A stretch of 64,000 nucleotides of DNA from the IMG/VR virus record IMGVR_UViG_3300033146_002768, positions 124,001 to 188,000 of that record; one strand, given 5' to 3'. This document shows positions 20,105 to 30,376 of the stretch, piece after piece. Both the position numbers and the translations under genes were made by a program. The notes under the pieces are model-generated. The model worked only from the letters and a program-made list of their open reading frames with translations, searched no databases and was not told the origin of the DNA. The number at the start of each line of letters is the position of its first letter. Position 1 is the stretch's first letter.

Positions 20105-22261
20105 TTAATCCTCTCTTATTAATTCTAATATTAACCAACATTCGTCTGTTATTGAATATGCATTACCTGACGAACCTTCTCTTACATTCATTAATTCAAT
20201 ATATATTCCAGAATCTAAATGAATTATTGTTTCAATTGAATTAGTTGCTTTATCATCAGTACTATTTCTTGAATAAGCATAACAGCTAGTTAAAATTAAA
20301 TTATTACTTCCATTAGATCTTATATATGAATGAACATTTCTTCTATTTGATTCTCCATCATAATTTACAACATATGTTAGTTTATAATATCCACTTTTAG
20401 AAGTATATATTCTTGAATTATTTGTTGTTTTATTATGTGTAAAGATACTATCAACAATTTGTTGTTCATTAAAAGGTAATGCAACTGGCGTAGAATTATT
20501 TACATTTATAGAATTTGAATGATGATATACAGAACATAAATTTTTAGATGCAATATTAACATTTACTTTTGATCCAGAACTTGTATCAACTTCTACATCA
20601 CCTTCAAAGTTAATAATAGCAACATTAGTCATAATAGTACTATCATCTTTCTGTACTGTTACAAAATTTCCATCATCACCATCATTACCTTGTATACCTT
20701 GAGGTCCGCTTAAATTACCTATACTACTCCATGAACCAGATATTTTTTTAAATATTTCACCACTTGTTGTATTTAAATAATGATCATCGTTTTCATATAA
20801 ACCACTAGTTGGATCTATAGAACCTGAAAACCAACCATGACCATCATTCCCATCATTACCTGCAACACCAGTAAATTGTCCAAAATCATACCAAGAAGAA
20901 CCATCATACATTAATATATGTCCTGTCATATCTCCAGTAATACTAGATGGTAAATTCTGATTAGATCTATTATCATCAACAACTACTATAAAATAAACAT
21001 CAGATGAAGAAGCTCCAGAATTATCTTGTATATCAGTAACCTTAGCTTCATCTAAATCATTATATTCATCTATTGAAAATGATTCACCTCTTGGTCCTGT
21101 TGCACCAATTGAACCAGTATCACCTTTTGCTCCTTGAAGTTTTGTTATAGTTACATGCGATAATTCTATATGTGTATTTGAAGATTCACCTTTTACTTGA
21201 ACAGTAATAAAATCATTATCATTTTCTATATGAACTATTGTGTTATTATAAATTCCACCTTCATCACTTGAAGAAGGATCATTATATGAATAACTACCAT
21301 CAACTTCATCAATATTATTTATTAATATTTTAGTTTCAACTTTTCCATCATCAAGTACTAAATTATTTGTTACTAAATAATATCCACTTTCTTTACATAT
21401 AATTCTGTCATTATTAGAATTATCATGTTCTAAAATATTAGAATGACTTTCAATATCAGTATAAATATATGGAATATTAGACCATGATGTTCCAGTATAA
21501 ATATGATCATCAGATCTTATTTCAGCACCTGTTGATCCAGCTTCACCACTATCTCCTTTAACACCATCCATTTTAAATATATTTAAAACAAAATCTGCAT
21601 AAGCAGTTATTGGAGTAGAACCAGATGCTACTTGAAGTGTTATATAGTCACCATCATTTAAAGATATTGAAAGTGAAGTATCTTGTTGATGAGTTTCATT
21701 TTTATATAAATTTTGTAAAACATATGAACCATCTGCAATATAATCATCATTTACTCTTATTCTTGATAAACAATCTCTGGTAGCATTGAATGATCTAGCT
21801 GTGAATGAATAAGATATAAAATAAACACCATTCGATTTAATTAATATTCTATCTGTATTAGTATTATCATGCTCTATAACAATTGAATTATTTTCTAAAT
21901 TAGTTAAATTAAAAGTAACATCTTGCCAAGATGTGGATAAAGAAATATCAGTAGTTCTTCTAACTTGTATAGCAGATAAATCACTTCCTACACCTGACCC
22001 TCCACCATCTTCAAAGGAATCTTCATAAACAGTTTGATGATAAATATGTAACAAACTATTGGATTTTGATAAATCAGAAGTTCCATCATTAATAATAAAA
22101 GTATCATTATTAACTAAATCTTTTAAATCATTAGAACCACTTATATCTTCAAATTCAAAAAGTTCTGATAAAATTAATTGATCATTTCCAAGAACTTCAA
22201 TACCAAGGTCTTCTATAAAAATAGAAGACCCTGTAATATTTTTAACAATGACTGTTGCCAT
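20105..22261 (-). CDS. collagen-like fibre protein with repeated C1q/BclA-like beta domains
   Basis: GAKGDTGSIGATGPRGE and GPQGIQGNDGDDG triplets; three repeats of a DRI/SRI...G.Y.(I/V/L) module. Confidence 0.7.
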   Translation of the reverse strand: MATVIVKNITGSSIFIEDLGIEVLGNDQLILSELFEFEDISGSNDLKDLVNNDTFIINDGTSDLSKSNSLLHIYHQTVYEDSFEDGGGSGVGSDLSAIQVRRTTDISLSTSWQDVTFNLTNLENNSIVIEHDNTNTDRILIKSNGVYFISYSFTARSFNATRDCLSRIRVNDDYIADGSYVLQNLYKNETHQQDTSLSISLNDGDYITLQVASGSTPITAYADFVLNIFKMDGVKGDSGEAGSTGAEIRSDDHIYTGTSWSNIPYIYTDIESHSNILEHDNSNNDRIICKESGYYLVTNNLVLDDGKVETKILINNIDEVDGSYSYNDPSSSDEGGIYNNTIVHIENDNDFITVQVKGESSNTHIELSHVTITKLQGAKGDTGSIGATGPRGESFSIDEYNDLDEAKVTDIQDNSGASSSDVYFIVVVDDNRSNQNLPSSITGDMTGHILMYDGSSWYDFGQFTGVAGNDGNDGHGWFSGSIDPTSGLYENDDHYLNTTSGEIFKKISGSWSSIGNLSGPQGIQGNDGDDGNFVTVQKDDSTIMTNVAIINFEGDVEVDTSSGSKVNVNIASKNLCSVYHHSNSINVNNSTPVALPFNEQQIVDSIFTHNKTTNNSRIYTSKSGYYKLTYVVNYDGESNRRNVHSYIRSNGSNNLILTSCYAYSRNSTDDKATNSIETIIHLDSGIYIELMNVREGSSGNAYSITDECWLILELIRED

Positions 22262-22264
22262 TTA

Positions 22265-23707
22265 TTATAATCTCCATGCAATTTCAATAACAATAATTGG
22301 ATCATTAACTGCTGTTGTAGCACCAATTTGACATTGAATATAATCACCACTATTTAAATCAGTATTTTTAGAAATATCTTCATTACCTATTGCTGCGGTT
22401 ATAGTAAGATTTTCAATATTAGTTGCAGTATCATTTCTTCTAACATTAAATGTACATGTTCCAGAAGCATCTATTTGTCCAGCCATTGAAACAATAGTTG
22501 CTGCTCTTGCTAATCTAAGACCAGAATTATTTGAAACTAATCTAGAACCATAAAAACCTAAATATTGATTTCTTGAATTTCCTCTTCTACCGAATACTAA
22601 AAACTGTCTTTGAACAGATAGCCATTTTGATCTATTAGAATCATAAATACAAAGTATACCGTCTTTAATATCTAGTTGACCATCAGATAAACCTGTAGTT
22701 GGTAAATTAGATTTTGGAACAATCTCAAATGAAGCTCCAGTAGATGCGCCTCTATCAATTTTAACAGAACCATCTGTTGCATTAATAAGTCTACCAGCAC
22801 CAGCACCACCTTGATCATATGCACCATCTAATGTTGTATTTCCAATATCATCTTGTAAATCACCAATAGCTGTATCAATTGCATCAACCACATTTTCTAG
22901 ATCAGTTGGTGTTCCAGGTATATTAGCATATGTACCTTCAATATCTATTTCAGAACCATCATGTTTACTAGATCCACCATCAAAATGAGAAGCAAAATCA
23001 ACATCACCAATTTTAAACCATTTACTTGCTGTTGTATCATAAACATATTGTGCTGGATTTCCATCACCATCATCATTAACCATAACAGCATCATTATCAG
23101 TTGATACACCCTCATCTGTCCATGTTTCTGTTCCTAATGTAAATGTATGAATATCTTCTGTACCATCAGCTAAATTAATAACTTTTTTACCATCAGCTAT
23201 AGCACCAAGATCAACCCATGTTGTTCCATTATATTTATAAAGTTTATCTGGACTATCATCTGTATCAATACACATATCATCAGATACAGGAGTAGCAGGT
23301 TTACCAGAACCAATAGTAGTAACTCTTGCTAATACAGGAGACCCCCAATTTACAGATCCAAATGATGGAGCATTTACAACATTTGTCCAATCAACTTCTG
23401 CACCACTAGAAGGTGTTGTTAATTCAGATTTAGAATAATAATCAGTTTCAAGATCATATAAATTTTCTAAACTAAGAAATTTAACACCATTTGCTGGAGA
23501 TAAATAAGTTCCTGGATTTTCAGGATCATCAACTCTTAAATCAGCAGAAGCAACTAAAGCTCTAAGATCATCTGATCCAGCTATTTCTTCATAATCAAAT
23601 TGATTACTAAAAACAATTGAATCTCCATTAGCCATTTCTACACCAAGATCTTCAATTGTTTGAATTGATCCTGAATTATTATTTATTAAAACTGTCCACA
23701 TTGCCAT
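22265..23707 (-). CDS. putative tail fibre protein
   Basis: D/G/T-rich, YKYNGTTWV motifs, TLDGAYDQGGAGAGR. Confidence 0.65.
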   Translation of the reverse strand: MAMWTVLINNNSGSIQTIEDLGVEMANGDSIVFSNQFDYEEIAGSDDLRALVASADLRVDDPENPGTYLSPANGVKFLSLENLYDLETDYYSKSELTTPSSGAEVDWTNVVNAPSFGSVNWGSPVLARVTTIGSGKPATPVSDDMCIDTDDSPDKLYKYNGTTWVDLGAIADGKKVINLADGTEDIHTFTLGTETWTDEGVSTDNDAVMVNDDGDGNPAQYVYDTTASKWFKIGDVDFASHFDGGSSKHDGSEIDIEGTYANIPGTPTDLENVVDAIDTAIGDLQDDIGNTTLDGAYDQGGAGAGRLINATDGSVKIDRGASTGASFEIVPKSNLPTTGLSDGQLDIKDGILCIYDSNRSKWLSVQRQFLVFGRRGNSRNQYLGFYGSRLVSNNSGLRLARAATIVSMAGQIDASGTCTFNVRRNDTATNIENLTITAAIGNEDISKNTDLNSGDYIQCQIGATTAVNDPIIVIEIAWRL

Positions 23708-23729
23708 TTTTTAAATCCTCCTAATTAAA

Positions 23730-24200
23730 TTATCTACAAGCATATTCTATTAGTACTATTGGATAATCAACATTACCTGTTAATACTGATAAGAACAACT
23801 GTATATAATCACCTTTATTTATATCATAATTTAAATTATCTTCTATTATATTAGATCCACCAATTAAATTTACTGTATGTAAATTAGATGTTGAATTATT
23901 TATTCTTATATTGAATCTTGAATTTATAACAGTATTTTGTGTTTGTATTGAAATAGCCGTTATAGTAGAATTTCTTAAAACTTTATAACCATGTACATTT
24001 GAATTAATTTTACTAGTTAATCTTAGCCATCTTTTTCCAGTTATATTTTTATGGTTAATACCAAAAGATAAATTCTCTCTAGTTACACTAAGAGTTTTAC
24101 TTCTAGTACTATCTTCAAACAAAATAATTCCATCACTATTTTGTGTTAAATTAATACCAGTAGGAGAACTTGTATTTGGTCTTATAATATCTCTTAACAT
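23730..24200 (-). CDS. stand-alone paralog of the C-terminal domain of the 22265 protein
   Basis: DSTRSKTLSVTRE.LSFG vs DSNRSKWLSVQRQ.LVFG; GDYIQ in both. Confidence 0.6.
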   Translation of the reverse strand: MLRDIIRPNTSSPTGINLTQNSDGIILFEDSTRSKTLSVTRENLSFGINHKNITGKRWLRLTSKINSNVHGYKVLRNSTITAISIQTQNTVINSRFNIRINNSTSNLHTVNLIGGSNIIEDNLNYDINKGDYIQLFLSVLTGNVDYPIVLIEYACR

Positions 24201-24210
24201 TTATTATCCT

Positions 24211-25086
24211 TTATACAACATTTTTTAAAGCTTTTAAAGTAGTCTCATCTTTATCCAAAACATGTTTCCAATATGATCTAATTGAATCTATATCATCAGA
24301 TGCAGAAACTTTTCTATTGTAAGGAATCCCAATACTAAATGTATATATTTGTCCATTTCTAATTCTTGAATTAAACCATTTAACATTTATAGTAGACCCA
24401 GTTCTAGTTACAATTTTATTAGTTACTTCTCTTAAAAACTTTTGATATTTTTCAGTATCATTAACTACATTTTTATGAACTATATCTAGTTTAGTAATAT
24501 CTTTTTCTTTTAAGAATTGTTTCCAATTTAATCCAATCATATCTTCTTCTGAATTATATCCAAGATCTTTTCCTAATTTATAACTACATGATTTTACTTT
24601 CATATCATCATCAAGTATTAACATATAAATATTAGTATAATCAAAAAGTTCTTTTAAACTCAACTGAAGTTTTGTTTGTTCTATTTTATGTCGTTTATAA
24701 GCTTTGGAAACTTTTAATAAAACTTTAATTCTGTTTACTAATTTATCTGTATTGAAAGGTTTTAGAATAAAATCATAAGTATATTCATATTTTTCAAAAC
24801 ATTCATATTCATAGTTTTTTCCAGACATAAATAAATAAGGAATATTAAATTCATTTTTAAATAATTCATCGGCTATTTCATTTCCTTTTAATTCTGAATT
24901 TAATTCTATATCAATAATAAATAAATTAGCTTCTGTAATTGCTGAATGCATCATCATATCATTACAACGATTAAAACTATAAATATCTACATTGGGAATT
25001 TTTTTTTCTATCATCTCTTTCAACATAGTAGTTATTTCTTTATTGTCGTCTAATATAAATATTACTTGTTTTATAACATCACTCAT
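24211..25086 (-). CDS. response-regulator receiver + PAS domain protein
   Basis: ILDD, IIDIEL, FMSG, LKPF receiver residues; LGYNSEEDMIG PAS motif. Confidence 0.8.
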   Translation of the reverse strand: MSDVIKQVIFILDDNKEITTMLKEMIEKKIPNVDIYSFNRCNDMMMHSAITEANLFIIDIELNSELKGNEIADELFKNEFNIPYLFMSGKNYEYECFEKYEYTYDFILKPFNTDKLVNRIKVLLKVSKAYKRHKIEQTKLQLSLKELFDYTNIYMLILDDDMKVKSCSYKLGKDLGYNSEEDMIGLNWKQFLKEKDITKLDIVHKNVVNDTEKYQKFLREVTNKIVTRTGSTINVKWFNSRIRNGQIYTFSIGIPYNRKVSASDDIDSIRSYWKHVLDKDETTLKALKNVV

Positions 25087-25115
25087 GATATACTCCTAAT
25101 TTTTATTCACTATAT

Positions 25116-25538
25116 TTATGAAACTCCTATATATTTTGCAACCGCATCTATAATATCACTTTTTGACCACATTTGTTCTAGAGCAGCAATGAGAGTGATA
25201 ACAATAACTATTAGACCACCTGAGATTCCGATTAAATGATATCTTAATTTACTATGTTCTTTAACATTATTAATACGACTTTCAGTTATAGATTTACTAA
25301 TATCTGTAACTCCAGTATTACATAATGAATTATGATTAGTTAATGTTTTTATTAATGTTTCTAATTGTAAATTTACTTTTTGTTGTTCTACTGTAATATT
25401 CTTTAGATTATCAATTACTTTCTCTTGTTCTTTTACTAATACTTCCTGTCTATCATATAACTGAGTATTGTATTTGACATTATTCTCATAAGATTTCATC
25501 ATTAAGAATACATCTTCTTTACTTAAAAGTTCTGCCAT
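25116..25538 (-). CDS. coiled-coil protein with C-terminal TM (possible lysis accessory)
   Basis: adjacent to the M15 peptidase. Confidence 0.45.
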   Translation of the reverse strand: MAELLSKEDVFLMMKSYENNVKYNTQLYDRQEVLVKEQEKVIDNLKNITVEQQKVNLQLETLIKTLTNHNSLCNTGVTDISKSITESRINNVKEHSKLRYHLIGISGGLIVIVITLIAALEQMWSKSDIIDAVAKYIGVS

Positions 25539-25550
25539 GATAAAATTCCT

Positions 25551-26045
25551 TTATGATTGATCGTAAATGTTTAGTATATATGGCATAGAAACACTTGCAT
25601 AACTATGTCTTTTATCTTTAAGTTTTAATTTTCTAACATTTTTATTTAAACGATATGCAGCATGTACCCAACCACCAGGAAAATACTCAGCAATCAATTC
25701 TCGATAATCTAAGTTAGTATGAATCCATTTAATAATATCAACTAACCTAATGTTTGAACTAACCGGTTCAAAATCGAGAGCTTCACCTCTAGTATGATTT
25801 GATTTTGGCGAACTACCAATAGCTTGACATAATTCTACTGATCTAAACCCTGAAGTAATTCTTATCATACCAAATTTTTCTCTTACTGGTTGAATAATAT
25901 TTCCAGCGACTCTTTCAATGGATTGCCATTGTTGTTCATTAGGTATATTTCTGATACCTAATCTCATTGCAGTATCTGATTTTACAAATTCTCTATATTT
26001 AAAATTAGGTGCCATTGGAAGTTTTTTATTTAAATCGCGTAACAT
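25551..26045 (-). CDS. peptidase M15A, putative endolysin
   Basis: ITSGFRS, SNHTRGEALD, WVH zinc ligands. Confidence 0.85.
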   Translation of the reverse strand: MLRDLNKKLPMAPNFKYREFVKSDTAMRLGIRNIPNEQQWQSIERVAGNIIQPVREKFGMIRITSGFRSVELCQAIGSSPKSNHTRGEALDFEPVSSNIRLVDIIKWIHTNLDYRELIAEYFPGGWVHAAYRLNKNVRKLKLKDKRHSYASVSMPYILNIYDQS

Positions 26046-26265
26046 AATATATCTCCTTAATCTAAACTACACCCAACATCTTTACCTAGTTTTGTTATTG
26101 TATAATTTTCTGACGCAACATCGACATGAACTGGAGATATATGTTTTTTATATGTGTATAATGAACATACAAATTCCATTGGATCTGGAACAGGAATTCT
26201 ATGAAATAATACTTCGTCAGTTGATGTTATTTGAATTTTTAACATGATTTGTCTCCTTTAAAAAA

Positions 26266-27279
26266 TTATTTTTTTAACATTTCTTTGGTTACACTAAGAT
26301 CTTTAATCTCCCAGGCATCCCAACAGAAATCTTTAATATAGTTATAAGGTAAATATCCATACCCATCTTGTCCCCAATTAGTTCCCCAAGAATTTTTAAA
26401 TTTAAACATTCTTGTTTCTGGGTTCCATCCTACTAAACAAATAGCATGTCCACCATAACATTGATTAGGATCTTTTGGATATGGCACTACCCCATTATTT
26501 GTTGTATAAAATATTTCTAAATAACAACCAACACCAACAGGTAAAGGTCCATTATTTTTTAAAGAATTTATTATGTTTTCCGGAGTTTCAAGTCTTAAAT
26601 ATTCACCACCTAATGCCCATTTGGAAACTAGAGTTGCCCAACGTTTTGGTTCACCAACATATGATTCATTGTACGGCCAAGCATTTTCAACTGGAACTCC
26701 AACTGTATTTAAAATTTTCATTGCAAATCTAATTGAGGTGCCTTCTTCATTTGGCCAGTAATCAATATCTTTACATTTGTAATACATCCATTGTTCAGAT
26801 AGATCATAGTTTTTCTTTTTTCTTTTATATTTTTTACCTTTAGAAATTTCTTCTAAATGCTCTTGTTGTTCTTGCCATTCTTTCATAGCTACAACAGCAA
26901 ACCCAACACAAGACCCTAACGAACCTTGATTCTTTACTGGACTCATTTGTAAGGTATAATCAGTTGCATTAACATTAACAACTTCTCTTAAAATAGTTGA
27001 ATTTAACTTTGGTGATTTATGGTCTCTGTCATCTAAATTATCTTTTACATAATTTAATATAAACCCTTCTGGAATTGATAGAATCTCTTTTTGAAAATCA
27101 TCAGCTTGTTTCGCTGGATGTTTGGATATAATAGAATAATCTTTAATACCTAAAGCATCTAATTGTAAAGTTATATATTTTACTTGATTTTCAAAACATA
27201 TAAATTCAGTAGGGGTTCTTACTAATTTTTGATTAATAACTACTAAAAAACCAGCATCATTTATTTTTATTTGTATCAT
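26266..27279 (-). CDS. papain-family C1 cysteine protease
   Basis: NQGSLGSCVGF, GGHAICLVG, KNSWGTNWG. Confidence 0.9.
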   Translation of the reverse strand: MIQIKINDAGFLVVINQKLVRTPTEFICFENQVKYITLQLDALGIKDYSIISKHPAKQADDFQKEILSIPEGFILNYVKDNLDDRDHKSPKLNSTILREVVNVNATDYTLQMSPVKNQGSLGSCVGFAVVAMKEWQEQQEHLEEISKGKKYKRKKKNYDLSEQWMYYKCKDIDYWPNEEGTSIRFAMKILNTVGVPVENAWPYNESYVGEPKRWATLVSKWALGGEYLRLETPENIINSLKNNGPLPVGVGCYLEIFYTTNNGVVPYPKDPNQCYGGHAICLVGWNPETRMFKFKNSWGTNWGQDGYGYLPYNYIKDFCWDAWEIKDLSVTKEMLKK

Positions 27280-27656
27280 ATTATCACCTCTTATAAACGC
27301 TACTATTTATAAAATATTAATCTCTATATATACTTCCCTTATATGATATAGATTCGTAAAGCTTAGATAGTTTAGACCCAATATCATTTTTAGATTCTTT
27401 GGCATAACTACCAAGATTTCCTTCCAAAATATTTAACCTTTCTATAAAAGAATAAATATTATGGACTAAATTAATTTCAACTGGATCAGGATCTGGTTTA
27501 CTTTCTAGTTCTTGTACTAAAGAAATCAGATGTTCAAAGGCACCTTTTGTGCCTGTTTGGTGCAGTCCTTCCAGAAACATTTTAGCTTTGTTATGGGAAG
27601 CTGACATAATTCATAATCTCCTAATTAAATCTTTATTTGTAAAATAGTAGCAGCAT

Positions 27657-27669
27657 TTTATATTTGTTC
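27657..27669 (-). promoter_or_regulatory. motif B variant
   Basis: GAACAAATATAAA upstream of the 27607 gene. Confidence 0.5.
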
Positions 27670-27693
27670 TAAACTTTCGTTTATATTATACAC

Positions 27694-28524
27694 TCACTTT
27701 ATATCGTTTATTAATAAACCAAAGTTGTGAAAACATGCTTGACAAATGTTATTATTTTTTTCACAAGGAAATATATTATGTGTAAATAATATTTTTAAAA
27801 CTAATTTATGTAAAGGCGAAGAATCAATATCATTTGTATTACCAGCACAACAACGATATATTTTATTTTCAATTAAATCAAGCCTTGGTACTAATATAGA
27901 TGAATTACAAATTCTTTGTGATTTTTTAATTAAATCTTTATTTAAAATATTACTAAAATGTTTTATTTTATCTTTACTATTTGAATCGATATTTAAATTA
28001 ATAATTTCATATAATAATTTAATGTCACTTATAGTTAATATTAAATCTTTATCATTTCCCACATAAAATTTAATAGTAAAATTAATATGATCATTTGTTT
28101 TTATGAATGATTTTATATATTTTAAATTTTGTTTATGAACTATAATAATATAATCAATCGGAATATCATTATCTTTTATTACATTAATTTTTGTTGGTTC
28201 ATTTATTTCTGAAATTACATGGTATGAAATATTATTAATATATGATCTAAATATTTCATGATAATTATTTTCTAAAAATGTACCATTTGTTGCTATCTCA
28301 CAAGGATGATTTAATTCATTGAATATTTCTTGTAAATAATCTTTAGATAATAAACCTGGTTCACCTCCAGATAATGAGATTAATATATTAGGATTATATG
28401 TTTGAAGTAAATTAATATAGTTTTTAACTTTTTCAATTGGAGATGTTTTATTATCAACATTATCGCAATAGTTACATGACCAGTTACATTTATTTGTTAT
28501 TTTTAATACTACTGATTCTATCAT
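27694..28524 (-). CDS. radical SAM protein (twitch-like C-terminus)
   Basis: CNWSCNYC, SGGEPG, ATNG. Confidence 0.9.
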   Translation of the reverse strand: MIESVVLKITNKCNWSCNYCDNVDNKTSPIEKVKNYINLLQTYNPNILISLSGGEPGLLSKDYLQEIFNELNHPCEIATNGTFLENNYHEIFRSYINNISYHVISEINEPTKINVIKDNDIPIDYIIIVHKQNLKYIKSFIKTNDHINFTIKFYVGNDKDLILTISDIKLLYEIINLNIDSNSKDKIKHFSNILNKDLIKKSQRICNSSILVPRLDLIENKIYRCCAGNTNDIDSSPLHKLVLKILFTHNIFPCEKNNNICQACFHNFGLLINDIK

Positions 28525-29375
28525 ATTTTAGACCTACAATTCCATGCTCCATTGTAACATGAAGAGCATATTATATTAGTTTTATTTTTATGTGTAAACA
28601 AATCGTTTTTAATAAGTAATCTTAAATTTATTTTGTTAAATGTTATATTATCAATTGTATTAGAAAGTCCAGCACAACATCTAAATATCTTTTCTTTTAT
28701 TAAATCTAATCTAGGCATGTATGATATAGTATTGCAATATTCTTGAGCTTTAATAATATTATTATAATTATCTATATTACTAAAGTATTTTATTCTTTCT
28801 TTATAATCATCAATAATATTCATATCACATATACCTTCATAATATAAAGTTGCAATACGTGATTGTGTTAATACATAATTTTGATCTGCTCCAATATAAA
28901 ATCTCGGACTAAATTGTATATGACTATTTCTTTGAATGAATGGAATCACTTGGTTTATGTTTCTATTATGGATGACAAAAATATATTGTATTGGGAGATC
29001 AGTTTCTATATTATCATATATTGTATTGTCATCATTTATCTCAGGAGTTACATGATACCAAAATTCTTTTAGTTTCGATTTAAATAAGTTATGATAATCT
29101 TTTTCAAAAAATGTACCATTCGTTGCTATCTCACAAGGATTATTAATATGTTTAAATACTTGTTCTAAATACTTCTCAGATAACATACCTGGCTCACCAC
29201 CTGATAATGAAATTGTTATATATGGATTTAATGATTGTAATGAATTAATACATTCTATTAATTTATCAAGTTCTACATTTTGAGAATCAACATTATCACA
29301 ATATGAACAATCCCAATTACATTGATTTGTTACTTTTATTACCATAGTATTAATCATAAATTTTCTTGTCTCCAT
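28521..29375 (-). CDS. radical SAM protein, tandem paralog of 27694
   Basis: CNWDCSYC, SGGEPG. Confidence 0.9.
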   Translation of the reverse strand: METRKFMINTMVIKVTNQCNWDCSYCDNVDSQNVELDKLIECINSLQSLNPYITISLSGGEPGMLSEKYLEQVFKHINNPCEIATNGTFFEKDYHNLFKSKLKEFWYHVTPEINDDNTIYDNIETDLPIQYIFVIHNRNINQVIPFIQRNSHIQFSPRFYIGADQNYVLTQSRIATLYYEGICDMNIIDDYKERIKYFSNIDNYNNIIKAQEYCNTISYMPRLDLIKEKIFRCCAGLSNTIDNITFNKINLRLLIKNDLFTHKNKTNIICSSCYNGAWNCRSKI

Positions 29376-30376
29376 TCATAAATTTTTGTTAGTGTAATAG
29401 GATCAGCATTAGTAATATCCTTAGAGCTAACATCTTCATAACTATTACAGACTTTACAATGTTCATGATCAGATAAATTTAAATAAGCATTAGAACTATA
29501 TACTTCATCTAATTTCTGAATATTTAAATTTCCTATCTTTGTTTTAAAATATATATCACCAGAGCATCCACACCCTATCATAATACCTGTTGATGAAATA
29601 AAATTTTTAGTAAGAAAGTATTGACACATCTTAGGTCTTTCTTTAACATTAGCAGTTAATTTAAAATTTTCAGACTCTAATACTTCATTACTAATTAATG
29701 ATCTACGACTACAAAAATCATCTCTTGGAAATAACATAGAATTTGTCATTCGACTAATCTGAAATAATAACTTATAAGTTTCAGATGTTATTAGTAATTT
29801 ATGATGTATTTTTGTTTTTGTATAAATAGGAATGTTTAAGTTTATATTTATATTATTATCAATTAAATATTTTAAATTATTTTTGAAATTTAAATAAAAG
29901 GTTTTTGTACTTCTGGCAAACCTTTCAAATTCAGAAAAATGTAAACCATAACAACTAATGCCTAACCAACTTATTTTTTTTAATGACAAGAGTTTATCTA
30001 AATATTTATTATTATCAATTGTTAAATTTGTATAAAAATGATATCCATCAACATTGGGATGATTTTCTAATATATCTAATTTCTCAATAAATGTTTTATC
30101 TAAAAAAACTTCGCCATTCATTGGAGTTAATGAAAAATAAGTAAATCCAAAATCACAACATTGATTCAATATATCTTTAAACATATCAATTGACATACTC
30201 ATTGACTTCTCTGTTTTCTTTTCACCTCTTTCTTTTTGATTACAATGGATACAATTTAAATTACATATATTGATAGATTCGATTGCAATATAGTTATAAA
30301 ACATATTTCCATTTTTAGTAAATGATTTATATCTAATATTCTTTTCTATATTAGGAAATTTTGAGAATGTAATCAT
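29354..30376 (-). CDS. radical SAM protein (twitch/SPASM-like)
   Basis: CNLNCIHC, NGEVF, C-terminal C...CGC...IGNL...CKVC. Confidence 0.85.
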   Translation of the reverse strand: MITFSKFPNIEKNIRYKSFTKNGNMFYNYIAIESINICNLNCIHCNQKERGEKKTEKSMSMSIDMFKDILNQCCDFGFTYFSLTPMNGEVFLDKTFIEKLDILENHPNVDGYHFYTNLTIDNNKYLDKLLSLKKISWLGISCYGLHFSEFERFARSTKTFYLNFKNNLKYLIDNNININLNIPIYTKTKIHHKLLITSETYKLLFQISRMTNSMLFPRDDFCSRRSLISNEVLESENFKLTANVKERPKMCQYFLTKNFISSTGIMIGCGCSGDIYFKTKIGNLNIQKLDEVYSSNAYLNLSDHEHCKVCNSYEDVSSKDITNADPITLTKIYEWRQENL

